Shown piece after piece: positions 14,871 to 29,083 of a stretch of DNA of 64,000 bases. The translations under genes were made by a program, and so were the position numbers. The stretch is taken from assembly GCF_009914755.1 (NCBI RefSeq), contig NC_060933.1, one strand, 5' to 3'. The stretch comes from the human T2T-CHM13v2.0 reference genome, Homo sapiens. The notes below the pieces were generated by a model. That model was given only the letters and a program-made list of their open reading frames with translations. It was not told where the DNA came from and searched no databases. Numbering within the stretch: the first letter of the stretch is position 1; the number at the start of each line of letters is the position of its first letter.

Positions 14871-15989
14871 GATTCCCTAAACATGGATTCTATGCCAGTT
14901 GCCTCAATTGCCGTTAAAGGAAGAGGGAAGAGGTGGCCAAGAAGGGAAGGTATGTTTTGGTGTCTCAGAGCTCAGCATTTCTCAGAATATCATTCTTAGC
15001 CTATTTTCCAGCTTTGAGGATTGGCTGCAGGACAGTCACCTTCGGAGGGTTCACCTCCAAGGCAGTGCCTGCCCTGACAGGACCTGGCCCCTGGCCCTTT
15101 CCACACTCATCTTTGTGTTTCTCTCCAGCTTTGCCTTCTCCAGCTCATCTGTATGTGTTTTCTACAGTCTTGGCATTAGTGTCCAGCTTCCTTCAGCAGA
15201 AGAATGTGAACCTTGAGGGTCCTTTTGCCTGTCATGGCCCTAGATGACCCATGAGAGGGAGGGTGCAGGGAGGCTTGAAGATGTGACTTTCTCCCACAGT
15301 GGGGTCTAGTGGGGAGGACACTGTTTTTGGAACCAGGGAGACCTGGATTAGAACCCTGACACTGCAGCCACTCACCAGCTGGGTGACCTTGGAGCAGTTC
15401 CTTCACCTCTCTGAGTTTCAAGTAGGTGCAAGAGCCTGCTCCTTGCAGAAATGTGCTGAGATAATGTATGCACCCACCTGGCACAATGCTGGAATGCCAT
15501 GGACACTCCCACATGGCAGTTCTGTTCTTTTTATCCCCCTCCTCCCCTCTGCCTGTCCTCTCCTGCTCCTGGCCCAGCTAGCCCCTGCTGTGGCTCTCTT
15601 GCCTCAGTACTGAGAGAAGTTTGTGGAACCTGGGTGGGTCTCTGCCCCTGCGTCCCCTCTCCCCAGTGCCAAGGCTGCAAGAGGAGGGTGTGGGCATAAA
15701 TTACACCCATCTGTTCCCTCCCTGCTGAGGGAGGGCAGGAGGGAAACACATGGGCCTTAGTGGGTGTTGTACTTTCCATGTGCAGCCGCCAGGAACAATG
15801 GAAGGGAAGAATGTGAGCTCGGTGAGGAGTCCACCACACCCTGCCTTCCAGTCCCCTTCCCCCTTTCAGGGATCGTAGGAACCAGCTTCTTTGAGGGCCC
15901 TGCTTCTGGGGAACAGAACTCACCCTTCTTGCCAACCCAGAAGTCCTCAATGTTGGTCATGTGCATCTTCTAGTTTATTGTTGATTACT

Positions 15990-16110
15990 AACATTGTTCA
16001 TTCATTTATTCATTCTACAAGTGTTTACTGAGCATGTACTCTGGGCCAGCCAATGCGTGGGCTAAGATTTGGAGTGAGTTTTGTGCCTTTGAAGAGCTCA
16101 CCATTTAGCA
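15990..16110 (-). mobile_element. L2 3' end
   Basis: ttcattcatttattcattc...tttactgagcat. Confidence 0.7.
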
Positions 16111-17400
16111 GGAGAGACCACATGGAAAGCAGCCAAATTTGGGTGCTGTGGCAGAGGTGCATGTGCTGGGCTGTACAAATACAGATGAGGGACGGCTTCC
16201 CGGGGTGGTCCTTTGATTCCAGTAAGAGTTATCACGGATAAAGGGAGGGTGCGTATCAGGCAAAGAATGCATGGAGTGTTTGGAGGCGCGGTGTGCAGAG
16301 CTTGCAGGAGGCAGTGTGCGGTGAGTTGTGGGGACTCCTACGTTGTCTGATCCCTCCTTTTCTGCTGGATCCTCCCCATCAACGTTTACCCGCACTCAGG
16401 TCTCTCATCTTACAGCAAACCCTCACTCCACCTCACATCTTACTCCAGCTCCTGACTCATCAATTTCCCTCCCAGCCAAATTTTTCAAATAAATGTTCTG
16501 TGCTATGCGCATCGTCTCCATTTCCCTCCCCCTCCAATCACGCCCCAATCCACCTCTACCTTTGCTGCTTCACAAGGTCATCATGACCTCCACATTCCAT
16601 TGTCCGTTGGTATTTCCCAGTTGTTTGGTTAGATTTTCTAGTGGCATTGATGACGGTGGAACATTCTGTCCTGCTGACCCTCCCTCTTCTCATGCATAGA
16701 GACCCCACAGACTCATGGTTTTCCTGCTGGAGAGCCTTGGCTGCTCCTTCTCAGCCTCCTTTACTTGTTTTCACCTTTAGCTACCAGATCTTTATACACT
16801 GGGGTTCATGAAGGCTGGAGTTTATTTTATCTGCCAGCTTTCTTTTTACTTTATCTCTTGGTTGACTATTCAACTCCCATACTTCAATTACCTTCTCTGA
16901 GCTGATAGCTCCCACACCTATTTCTTTCTGCAAAGATCTCTAGTTTCAGACCGGTAGAAATAGGAGCTTAGCTAACATTTCCACTTGAATACTGCACTAA
17001 CTTCCCAAACTCAGCCACTGAGTTCGTTACCCTCCCGCAGTCCTGGTACTCTCCACCCTCCCCACCATCCCTCCATATCTTGGCACTATAAGTTCTACAC
17101 CCTGGGAAACACCTCAGCCCAGGCACACTGGTATGGTTAGTCACTCTACTAAAATCCAAAGGCTAAACCCCAAATCTCTTCCATGACTTAAAAGGCTCTG
17201 TGTGATCTGACCCCTGACCTGCCTCATTGTGCACCCCTCTCTCCTTGCTCTTGGGTCCTAGACTGTGCTCCTGTACCACCCAGAGCATCTGTGCATATCA
17301 TTGTTCCCTTTGTTGAGACCATTCTTCCTCCCCTTTTTCTTAACTCCCTCACCCTTCAGATATCAGATTAAACATCCCATCCTTTGCTCAGAAAAATCCA

Positions 17401-17705
17401 TTTTTTTTTTTTTTTTTTTTTTTTGGTATGGAGTCTGGCCTGTCACCCAGGCTGGAGTGCAGTGGTGCAATCTCGGATCACTGGAACCTCCGCCTGCTGG
17501 GTTCAAGCGATTCTCCTACCTCAGCCTCCTGAGTAGCTGGGATTACAGGTGTGTGCTACCATGCTCGGCTAATTTTTGTACTGTTAGTAGAGATGGGGTT
17601 TCTCCATGTTGGCCAGGCTGGTCTCAAACTCCTTACCTCAAGTGATCCACCTGCCTCGGCCTCCCAAAGTGCTGGGATTACAGCTGTGAGCCACTGCACC
17701 TGGCC
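17401..17705 (-). mobile_element. Alu, full length
   Basis: Reverse Alu; aatccat in both flanks. Confidence 0.97.
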
Positions 17706-18386
17706 AGAACAATCCATTCTTGACGTGGCCAGAGAGGGCAATGTGACCCCCATTACACACTCTCTCAGTATTACCCCTCTTTCAGCTCTGTAGCTGTTGC
17801 AGTCGCATGATTAGTCAGTGTTGGTCTCCTCATGGAGAATATAACTTGAACACTAGCTGGGACCATGTTTATCTTATTTCCCACTGGAGTCCCTGGCCTT
17901 CACCTAGAGGGTGGGATGTGGTCAGTGTGCAATGAGCAAGCTGCTTGGGTGCACCTAAAAACAGAGGCTTTGGCCATGGGGCAGCATAGCCAGATGTGTG
18001 TTCTAGAGAGAATGTTTTGGCGGCTCTGTGGAGGATGGATGACAGAACCTCTGCCTGTGGAGGGAGGCTGGTTAGGCATTTTGGGTGAGAGAGGATGGTG
18101 GTATGGATTGGGAAATCAACCAATGCTTCTGAGGATGTCGCCATATCCCTATGAGGTAGACTCTTCACAGCGCGGAGACCGACTTCACAGGGGCACTAAT
18201 GACACTGGAGGAAGTGAAGATATTTCCCAGGCTTGGGGCTTGGGGGCCTGGGTATCTGGTTGGAGAGTCCCATGTTTAGCCATGATAAATTCTGTCTTAA
18301 CTATGGCAAATGTAAACCAGTCAGTGTGACTGTCGTGATGTCTTGAATATCTGGTCCTTTATATTTTTGTTAAAACTACATTTTCT

Positions 18387-18708
<322 letters not shown>

Positions 18709-18778
18709 TTATCACCTTCCCCTGCAACCACCTCCTCGACCCCCAAGTCCTGGCAGAAAAGAGCAGGACCCATAGTGA

Positions 18779-19114
<336 letters not shown>

Positions 19115-20169
19115 TAGAGTGCTGTTGCCCAGGAAAATGAACACGACTTGTCTAGGGTTAGGATGTCTGGGTTCTCCCTCAGCATGGTGTCTCACCAGCT
19201 CTGTGACCTTGGGCAAGTCCCTGTCCCTCTTTGGGCTTCCCCACCCCCACTTCTACAAGGAGCTGAAATTATGCGGTGGTTCTCAATACTGGCTGCATAT
19301 TAGAATTGACTGAGGAAATTTAAAAAATACAAATGATCAGACCCTGTTCCCTAGAGACTCAGATTACATTGACTTTTTTTTTTTTTTTTTTTTTAAAGCT
19401 TACCAGCTAATTCTTAAAAGCAGTGAGGTTAAGAAGTATCCAATCACATGATCTTGGACACTATTCAGCTCGGTGAGTCTAACCGAAGAATGGCCCCATT
19501 TAGACCCCAAGGGCCCCCTGGTGAGACCTGCCTTCCATCTCTGCACTCTAAGTCACCTGCACATGCCTCGTGGTCCTGGACTTGAACTTAGGCTCTAGGG
19601 TAGCAGCAGAGGCGGTCTTCTGCTGAGGCTAAGAAGCAGAAATGCAAAGTCTGTTGAGAGAGGGGGATGGGTAGGAGCTGTGTGAGGAGGAACAGATTGA
19701 AGCTATTAACATTTGATCAGTTTGGTATTGTTCTTCTGGAGACCACAGCTTATGCGGCTGCTTAATAAATGTCTGGTCAGGGTCCAATCCAGAGCTGCCA
19801 AATGGGTGTTGCTATGGTTTCCGAGGAGTTTGTTTCCCACACAAGTTACTGCTTCCCACCCCAAACTGTGAAACACCAGAGTCTTCCCTCTGCTCCTTAA
19901 CTCTGTCCCTTCCTAGAGGAGCCTGTGGTGAGAGAGAACATCTGCCTGGGCCTGGGGGACACACACGGGTCTCGTGTGACTGGCCGTCAGTGGCACCTGC
20001 CTGTGCCAGCTCCCTGAAGCAGGCCTTGTGCCTTCCCACTCTGTGCAATTTCAGGTGGGCCCATCGCTCAGCTGGTGTCATCTCAGCCTCCCAGATTTTA
20101 GGGTCTCTGCATCTGACCCTGTTGTCCTTGACTGGAGAAGAGGGGTGGTCAGAGGCTACGTTAGCAGGC

Positions 20170-20360
20170 AGTGTGTTTGTGTGTGTGTGAGTGTGTGCTT
20201 GTCAACACGAGCCAGTGTGGGGGTTCTCGTGACTCAACACGTGAAGATAAATGTGTGAATGTGTATGGATGAGTGTGTGTCGGTGCTTGTGTGTACTTGT
20301 CGGTGTGCGGAGTATGGCTCTGTGTTTGTCAGTGTGTATGTCTGGTGATGTATGTGTGGA
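20170..20360. repeat. Degenerate (TG)n tract
   Basis: Interrupted GT-rich dinucleotide array. Confidence 0.8.
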
Positions 20361-21699
20361 TGGCAAGAACTGGGAGTGAGCACGGGCAATGCTGCTAAAT
20401 CTGAAAATGTATTATGACAGATTTACAATAAATGAACACTTACAAAGTCCAACATACAAACACTCGTGTAAATGCCATCCAGCCTAACAGATAAAATGTT
20501 ACCAAATACAGCTTAAACTTTCCCTGCGTTCTTTCCTGATTGTATCTCCCTTTTCCTCCCTTTTCCTCCTGTTGTGAATTTGTGAATTGATCTTTCCCAG
20601 AATGATACACTCTGTTTCAATAAGTAAGCTTCTTCCAGTGTTGAATCTTTCTCTAAAACATAGTCAATGAAGTGTGAGTATGGTGTGTATGTGCGCAAGC
20701 CCATATGTTGGGTGGCTGTGAGTTGTTGGGGAAGACTGGAGAAAAAGAATTTGAAAGTGCTCTCAGCATGCAGTGGCATCTTCTAGATGTGTGACGGAAG
20801 GGAAACTTCCTAACCTCTCTGAGACTGTTTTTCATCTATAAAATGAATGAGATGAGAATGAAATTATATAAGATGTGTGAAAAGAAATGGCACATAGTTG
20901 GAACTCAACCAGTTCTGATTTTTTTAAAAAAATGTATCTATTAAAGAGGAGGCAAGGCCAGCCAACCTTGCAGAAGGAAAACAAACAAATCAGACATACA
21001 TTATTCAGGGGAGGTGGAGGTGTGCTGGCTTGAGCTGGATCCTTCCCTCCCTCTCTTTTTCTTTTTGATTCCTTAGGACTTTCCTCTTTTGGAGCGGTGG
21101 TATGTCAGCACAGTGGAAATTCGAATAGGGGCAGTTTTTGTCCCAACAAAGGACTGGACTGTGATGGAAGGTCCCCTGCCTGTTCACTGCTAAATAGAAC
21201 TGCATGTAAATAAGATCATTTGAGCTGTGGTGGGTTTTGAATACACAACCATCAAGGTAAATGAGCATTCCAAAGAAATCCTGGCTCTCAGACAATGCCT
21301 GAGTTAAAATGAAACTTGCTTGAAAATTAAAGCCAATGTTCAGGCTTCAGGTCATGTGAGGAAATGGGAGGCATTTGCCGGTTCATTCACCCATGCGCTC
21401 ATTCACCTAGCTGCATCCTGGATTTACAAAGGTGGAAAGGATCATTCTAGCAGGAGAGAGAGAGACAGTGAGGAGTTAAAGATAAGACATTTGCTGCTAT
21501 CTCGGAAAATATACAGCCTAAGTGGAAACGCACAGCAACCCTCCCTTGCTTCTGTTCTGACTGTGTCTACTATGTGCCTCAGACCGGCTAGACACCAGGA
21601 GGAACAGAGAAGCTGAAGACATGACGTGCCAACCAGCTAATGTAAAGATAGGATAAGTGTGAATAAAGAGTTGACAGAGGAGGGTTAGAAGGACACTGC

Positions 21700-21910
21700 C
21701 ATTTATTGAGCACTCACTTTGTACCAGGCACTATGTGGGGGTCTGGTGGGTTGTGGGGGTAGCATTTAGCCTAAATTAACCATTGCAACAATTGTTGAGT
21801 CAGTATTATTATCCCTGTTTTACAGGTGAACAAACTGAGTCTTAGAGGGGTTAAGGTCTTTGCCTGGTAAACATCAGCACAGGGAATCAAATCCAAGTGT
21901 TTCTGACTTT
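21700..21910 (-). mobile_element. MIR
   Basis: attattatccctgttttacaggtgaacaaactgag. Confidence 0.75.
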
Positions 21911-22002
21911 CCAGCCTAGCACTGGTTTTTGCAAATAATTCTGTGGCAAGAACTATATGACTAGCGTGAGGTAGTTTCCAGTGAATAAGAAAGCAAGAAT
22001 CT

Positions 22003-22389
<387 letters not shown>

Positions 22390-23274
22390 CTAAGAAAGTT
22401 TTGGAAAGCAAGTTGTATATTTGGCTTTGAAGAAGTAGTCCTTTCATTCCAGGAACCTCAGCTTTGTTATTTTCTGAGGCTATGGTTTAAATCACATATT
22501 CCTGGTACATTGTGAAGAAGTTTCTTGAGACAAAGGCAAGAGGGAAAAAATATGATCTGTCATGGCATGGGAGCTGAAATTCAAGTTTTAAAATCACTTC
22601 TAAACAGCTCTGAGCTTCTATGATTTGCTAGAATCACAGAAAGACTTATGTAGCTCAAGTTGGAGAAAGCATGTCAAGATTGCTAAGGCTGCAAAGAGAT
22701 TTTTCAATTCCTTTTTAGTTTTTAAAATTATTATTAAATTAAAAAAAAATGAGCCCAAGATGAGCTCCACAGTTTCCTCAGACGGGATTAGATATGACTT
22801 TCAGGTTTTCAAAGTTCAATTCAATTTGAGTTTCCTGTGTCCTAAAAATGTCTTCAATTAAAAGCCAGAAAAAAATGTATTTTTTTCATCTTCATCAAAC
22901 TGAAGAAAAAAAATGGCTGAAGGGATTTTATTCAAACTTTTCCCCAAAATTCACCTTTTGCCAAGACCCAGCATGGAAAATTTCAGCGCAAAAGGATCAC
23001 TCTTTGGCAAGTTCCCTGAGCTAATGAAAACAGAGGGGCATAAAGGGAGTCTGTGTGCAGCTCTAACTATAGTGGTCACTGCAGCCCACATTGTGTGAGA
23101 AGAAGGGCCTCATTCAATAACCCCCCTTTTAAGTCTTTTTTATCATCAATATGGATGAGACTTAGATTTGACGTGGTCACCAAACAAAAGGCCCTCACTT
23201 TATGAATACAATCTGGGTAATGGCATTATTTCAAGTGGCTTCGCTCAGTTATGACTGGCTTTGGAATAGTTATT

Positions 23275-23830
23275 GTTGATTCATTCATTCATTCATTCAC
23301 TCACTCATTCATTGTACAAGTATTTACTGAGTGCCAGCAATGTGTGAGGCACTTTAATACATGTTGGGAATGCTATGGTGGCAGGCATAAGCGAGGCAGT
23401 TCCTGCATTCGTGGGTTCGTGGGAGGAAAAGAAAAACAGATTAAATTACAAACTGTGACAAATTCTGTGAGGCAACAGAAGAGGGTGCTGAGATAGAGAA
23501 AACCGGGTTTTGTGGTGATAGGAGGCCTACATTGTACTGGAGGCTAGTGAAGGTCTCATATGCATTCATTCATAATTTAGCAAACATTTAGTGAGTGGCC
23601 GCCATGCTCTGGAGTCTATACTGATCTAGACACCATTTTTGCCTTCAAGGTGCTCCTAGACCAGTGGGAGAGCAGGCAGGTAAGTAAAAAGCTCAGATGC
23701 TGGGTGACAAGCGCTTTAAGGCAGGCATGTGCCATATCTAATGTGGAAACAGGAAGGAGATCTAAAATGCTGCGGTTGGTGGTGGTCAAAGAAGGTTTCT
23801 CTCAGGGGGAACGATTCAACAGACATTTGT
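23275..23830 (-). mobile_element. L2 remnants
   Basis: (TTCA)n tail plus tatttactgagtgccag; second copy near 23560. Confidence 0.65.
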
Positions 23831-24049
23831 GATAGTTGATGTTTGGCAAGATAGAGGTGAATGAGAACTAGGGCTGCTTTCAAGGAGTCTGAAGTCCAGT
23901 CTTGCTTCCGGAGTCACCTCTTTGAGAGCCTGGATCCTGTGGTGTCTGACCCGCCTCTCCAGTAGTAAGCATGGAGCTTGAGTCAAAAGAGGTGCTTAGT
24001 AAATAACAGGTCCCTTTCTCTGACATCTCATGGCACAACTCTTTGGATT

Positions 24050-24230
24050 TAGTCTAGTGGTGAAGAACTTGGCTACTGCAGTCAGATTGCATGCGTTCAA
24101 ATTCCAGCACCCAGCTGTGTTACCTTGGGCAGTTTTTCTCTGCACTACAGTTTCCCTACATACAAGGCAGGGATGATAATGATACCTGCAGACTAGGGTA
24201 GTTATAAGGACTAAATGAGATCATGCTTAT
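24050..24230 (+). mobile_element. MIR
   Basis: agctgtgttaccttgggcag...cagtttccc. Confidence 0.75.
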
Positions 24231-24973
24231 ATGATCACTAAAGATATGACCAGCATACCTCATCCCAATGTGTTTTTAAGTGCTGCTTATCACCTTCCAC
24301 AACCCACCCCCACCCCCCATTCACTCAATCCAACAATTATGGATTGAGTATTTTCAGTCTTAGGCATTGTGCTGGGTGCTTAGATTCAGAAAAATCTTGC
24401 CAGACTCCGGGGTCTCCATCCCCATAGATGGTTAAATTCCCAAATCTCCCAAAATGGAAGTTCTTTGCCTCTTCTACCCAGATAAATAGGTATTTGCTAT
24501 CTCTGGATTAGCGGTGAATGTCTGTTCATTTTTCATCAGCACATCTGGTTTTTAGGTGAAAAGCTGCCAGGAATTTTGAAACATCTTGTTACTTTAGACA
24601 TCAGAAGGCAGGGAGATTTCCCATTATTAAATGGATGTGAAAACTTCTTTGTGCCCCAGGGCTAGGGCAAACCTGAGATTTCATAGGTCAGTGAAAGCTC
24701 ACCATCATTGTTTTTGCTTGGTAATAATTTTATTTAGGGAGGAGGAAGAAGAGAGGGTAGGGGGTTTCCAGAATGATAAAGCAATGTGCCAATGTCATGC
24801 AGTTTCGAGAGGCCACTGAGGTGGTAGGGAAAGCATTGCCCATGTGTGGCTCCATCTCCCCGAGCCTCAGTTTCCCATTGTGTAAGATAAGGATAACAGA
24901 ACTTCCTGTGTAGTGTGGGTTGAGGTTTCAAGGAGAGCATGAATGTGGAAACACATCAGTGCCTTTTGCCTGC

Positions 24974-25030
24974 TAAATGCTTCTTGTTTATTTCCAGCCC
25001 TGCCACATGTTTGCAAATCTTTGCAATGTG
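24974..25030 (+). repeat. Left arm of ~58-bp inverted repeat
   Basis: 50/58 aligned identity to the reverse complement of 26552-26609. Confidence 0.9.
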
Positions 25031-25179
25031 CAGTTGGAAGGCAAAGTGGGGATAGAGAAGGCAGATTTGATTTGAGAGTTTGTGCACACAGTGGTGGGTC
25101 TGAGTTGGGGGCCTGGCTAGAAACAAGTGGCTTTTTTGGTGGCACCTTGTGCGCCTTCTCTTGAGACAGAGGCTCTGTA

Positions 25180-26080
25180 ACCCCCCTCGGCATCAAACTT
25201 CGCACTACCCTCCCTTTGCCACGGCATCCTTCCTTCTCGTCTCCCGGGAGGCCGGACAGAGAACCCAGGCCCAGCCCCAGCCCAGCGAGCCTGAGCCAGA
25301 CTGCCTCGGGCCGGTCTTGCTCGGCCTCCCTGGGGAATCTGGGAGGCTCAGCCAGGCCTGAGTCGGCCTGGGTCCCGAGGTCAAGGTCGGGGTCAGGGTC
25401 GGGGTCCGGTCGTACGCCCTAGCACTGCCTGCGGTGGGGCGCGCACAGTCGAGCGCGGGGCCTCCCCGCAGGCTGCGCTGCCTGCCGGGCGGCCTCGGGA
25501 ACTGACCAGGCCGCGTGTGAGCGCCGGGATTCCTGATCCTGCCTTAAATATGCCGGTTATTTTTATCTCCCTACGTCAGGCAGCGAAGGCCATCCCACCG
25601 GTGGCCCAGGCGGCTGCTACACAATGTTTCCCTTTAGTCGGGAGGGGAAATGGAGGGAGGCCAGACTTCCTGATCACATGGTGCTGAAGTCAATGAAAAA
25701 AAATTAAGGGGGACCCCTCCCTTTTTCTTCAATGCCTGATCCAGATTCCCCCCTCCCCGCTCCCCCGACCCACCCCCTCTGGGCTCCGCGCGTCGGAGGG
25801 AAGCGCAGCCTCCCAGGCGGAGGGCCAGCGAGGCAGGAGAGCGCGCGCAAACATAAACACGAGACTGTTGCAGTAATTGGTGGCTCTGAAAACACTGAGG
25901 AAATGAGAGGCTTGTACGAAACATCAGCCGACAAGAAACGGGGTGATGTCAGACAGCCTTCCAGGATTAGAAACCCTTAAAAGCTCCGAGCCCGCGGCCG
26001 CTGCGGAAAACTCGGCTCTCCCGCTGTCCCGGGTAGGAAGCCGGGATTTCGCTTTTGCCCGACTCCCTCGGGGCACTCGC
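25180..26080. promoter_or_regulatory. CpG island (putative promoter/enhancer)
   Basis: High GC and dense CpG (gcgcgc, NotI site at 25994) against CpG-depleted flanks; CRE-like TACGTCA at 25572. Confidence 0.85.
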
Positions 26081-26335
26081 CCTCTCCTCTCTTCCTCGCT
26101 TTCTCGCTTTCTCTCTTTCTCTCTTTCTCTTTCTTTCCTTTCTCTCTCTTCTTTTTGTTTCTTTTCTTCTTTCTTTCCTCTTTTTCTTTTCCTTTTCTTT
26201 TCCTGTCTTTCCTCTTCTCCCTCTTGCGCCCCCCCCCCCCACCCCCAACTTTTTCTCTTTCTGTTTCTCTGGCTGTCACTGTCTCTCTGTCTTCTCCCTG
26301 TCTTCTCTCTCTTCGTTTTTTTCTTTAACCTTCTT
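26078..26335. repeat. Polypyrimidine/polypurine (CT/CTTT-rich) low-complexity tract
   Basis: ~260 nt almost entirely C/T on the + strand. Confidence 0.93.
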
Positions 26336-26551
26336 TATTAAAAAGAAAAGAAGAGGCCACATCAGAAGATTTCCATTTCTAAGGCACCTTGTACTTTTAT
26401 ATCTTTTCCCTCCTTTGAAACACCAAACAGGACCCAACTCCTAAACAAGTCCAAAGGGACAAGTAAAACTGGGGTGTCAGTCGCTTGAGTTTGTTATAAC
26501 TTTCTCTTCTTCTCAGTGCCCTTCCTCACCCCCCTTTTCGGATTAGAAGTT

Positions 26552-26609
26552 CATATTGCAATAATTCGCCAACATGTTGGAAGGGCTGGAAATAAACAAA
26601 AAGCATTTA
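26552..26609 (-). repeat. Right arm of ~58-bp inverted repeat
   Basis: Reverse complement matches 24974-25030. Confidence 0.9.
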
Positions 26610-26792
26610 CCAAGGACAACAGCCCACCCACCCTGAGATGGGGAAAATGCTTGCAAAAATCTGGCCGTTTCAGAAGAGAATATAGATTTCCTGGTAAAAT
26701 ATATCCCAGCCACCCAGCTAGTAACACTAGTGGCTGTTGCCCCATTTTCTGTTCATAGTATAATTAAGACTAAAAGTACTTACACGTATGTG

Positions 26793-26796
<4 letters not shown>

Positions 26797-26823
<27 letters not shown>
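26797..26823. repeat. (CA)n microsatellite
   Basis: About 13 CA units. Confidence 0.95.
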
Positions 26824-26826
<3 letters not shown>

Positions 26827-27549
26827 CCCTCCTCCAGGCCACAGGGCAGGGTAGCTAACAGCCAGTGAGCAGGGAGGATCTTGTACCACATCCAGCAGGA
26901 ACTTGCGTGTGTCTTAAAGTTGGAGGCCAGTTACTCAGTGACATCTGTTCAGTGACATCAAAAGTGATGTCTGTCAAGCCTTTTTCTCTTCGTGTCTGCC
27001 AGGATTAATGAGGCAATGTTTGGAAAGGGCTTAAGCCCCCACCAAGAAAGGCACCCAAGACAGCTTTTCAAAGAATGATTTATGTCCAGCTTTATCTAAA
27101 TAGGAACCGAAAAAGCATTTTTCTTGTCTGTAGAGCAGGTGAACTCAACACCTGACTTCTTGCTCAGGTGCATTTCAGAAGCTTTCAAATCTGCCTTATT
27201 AATTGGTCTGATACCTCTTTACCATGAAGGCACTTTTTTTTTTTTTCTTTCTTCCTGAGACCCCAGAAAAGGTCATATCAAGGCTGAGTTTGTACAACCT
27301 TGGAGGAATATGACTGGTTCCAAAGACTTGGTTTCCTTCACTGCTGCTTATGGTGAGAACAATGTCCCCCAACCTGAACCCTCCTCCCTCCCCTGCACAC
27401 TCATAAATCTTGTGGTGATTTAGTTCCCCTCAATGCTTGACACTCCTAAGCTGTAGTAATTTGAGCCAAGCATACTTTCTGGTTTTATCCAGTATACCTG
27501 CGGTTATACCACTCACCGAGAAGTGGATCACAGCTCTGTTTTCAACTTC

Positions 27550-27840
<291 letters not shown>

Positions 27841-27977
27841 TGTTTTCCACTTCTTATGGGGACATTTTCCATCTCTGATATTTGTCTTGTGCTTTGCAAT
27901 CCCAGGGGGCAGCCTCATCTCTTCCTAGTCCTTATGTTGGGTAAAAGTGTCTCTACTCCTGCCACTGCTCCACCTAG

Positions 27978-28319
<342 letters not shown>

Positions 28320-28760
28320 ATCATCATGTGTTTATACCAAACTTCTCCCCGTCCCCTCAGTGAACTCCCCACAGCCCTCTGGGCCCCCCATGCTCTTAGA
28401 TCTGCCCTCCTCTCTGCCGGGAATGTTCTTTTCCTCTCTTCACTGCCTAGTGAACTTCTTCCCACTCAAAGCCCAGATACAGTGCTGCTGCTTCTCCAAA
28501 GCGTTCCCAAGTTTTTCACCCAGAGCCAGCCTCCTCTGTCTTCCATGCCTTGCTGTCCGCTCACACTCCCATAGTGGTGTATGTTGGACTCCAGCGATCT
28601 TTTGACCTGCCTGTCTCCTTCACTGGAAGGGCTCCTTCCAGTGTGGGCTTCTCCACACAGGGATTGGGTCTTGTTTGACTTTGTGTCCTAAGAGTACATA
28701 GAGCCCTAATGCATGGAAAGGCTCAGTGAATGTTTGTTGAATGAATAAAAGAATGAATGA

Positions 28761-29083
<323 letters not shown>

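Noticed and set aside
25594-25610. CTCF-like cccaccggtggccc
   Set aside because: Lacks the core spacing of the CTCF consensus; too weak to call
25943-26444. K/R/E-rich and F/S/L-rich ORFs
   Set aside because: Artefacts of the polypurine/polypyrimidine tract
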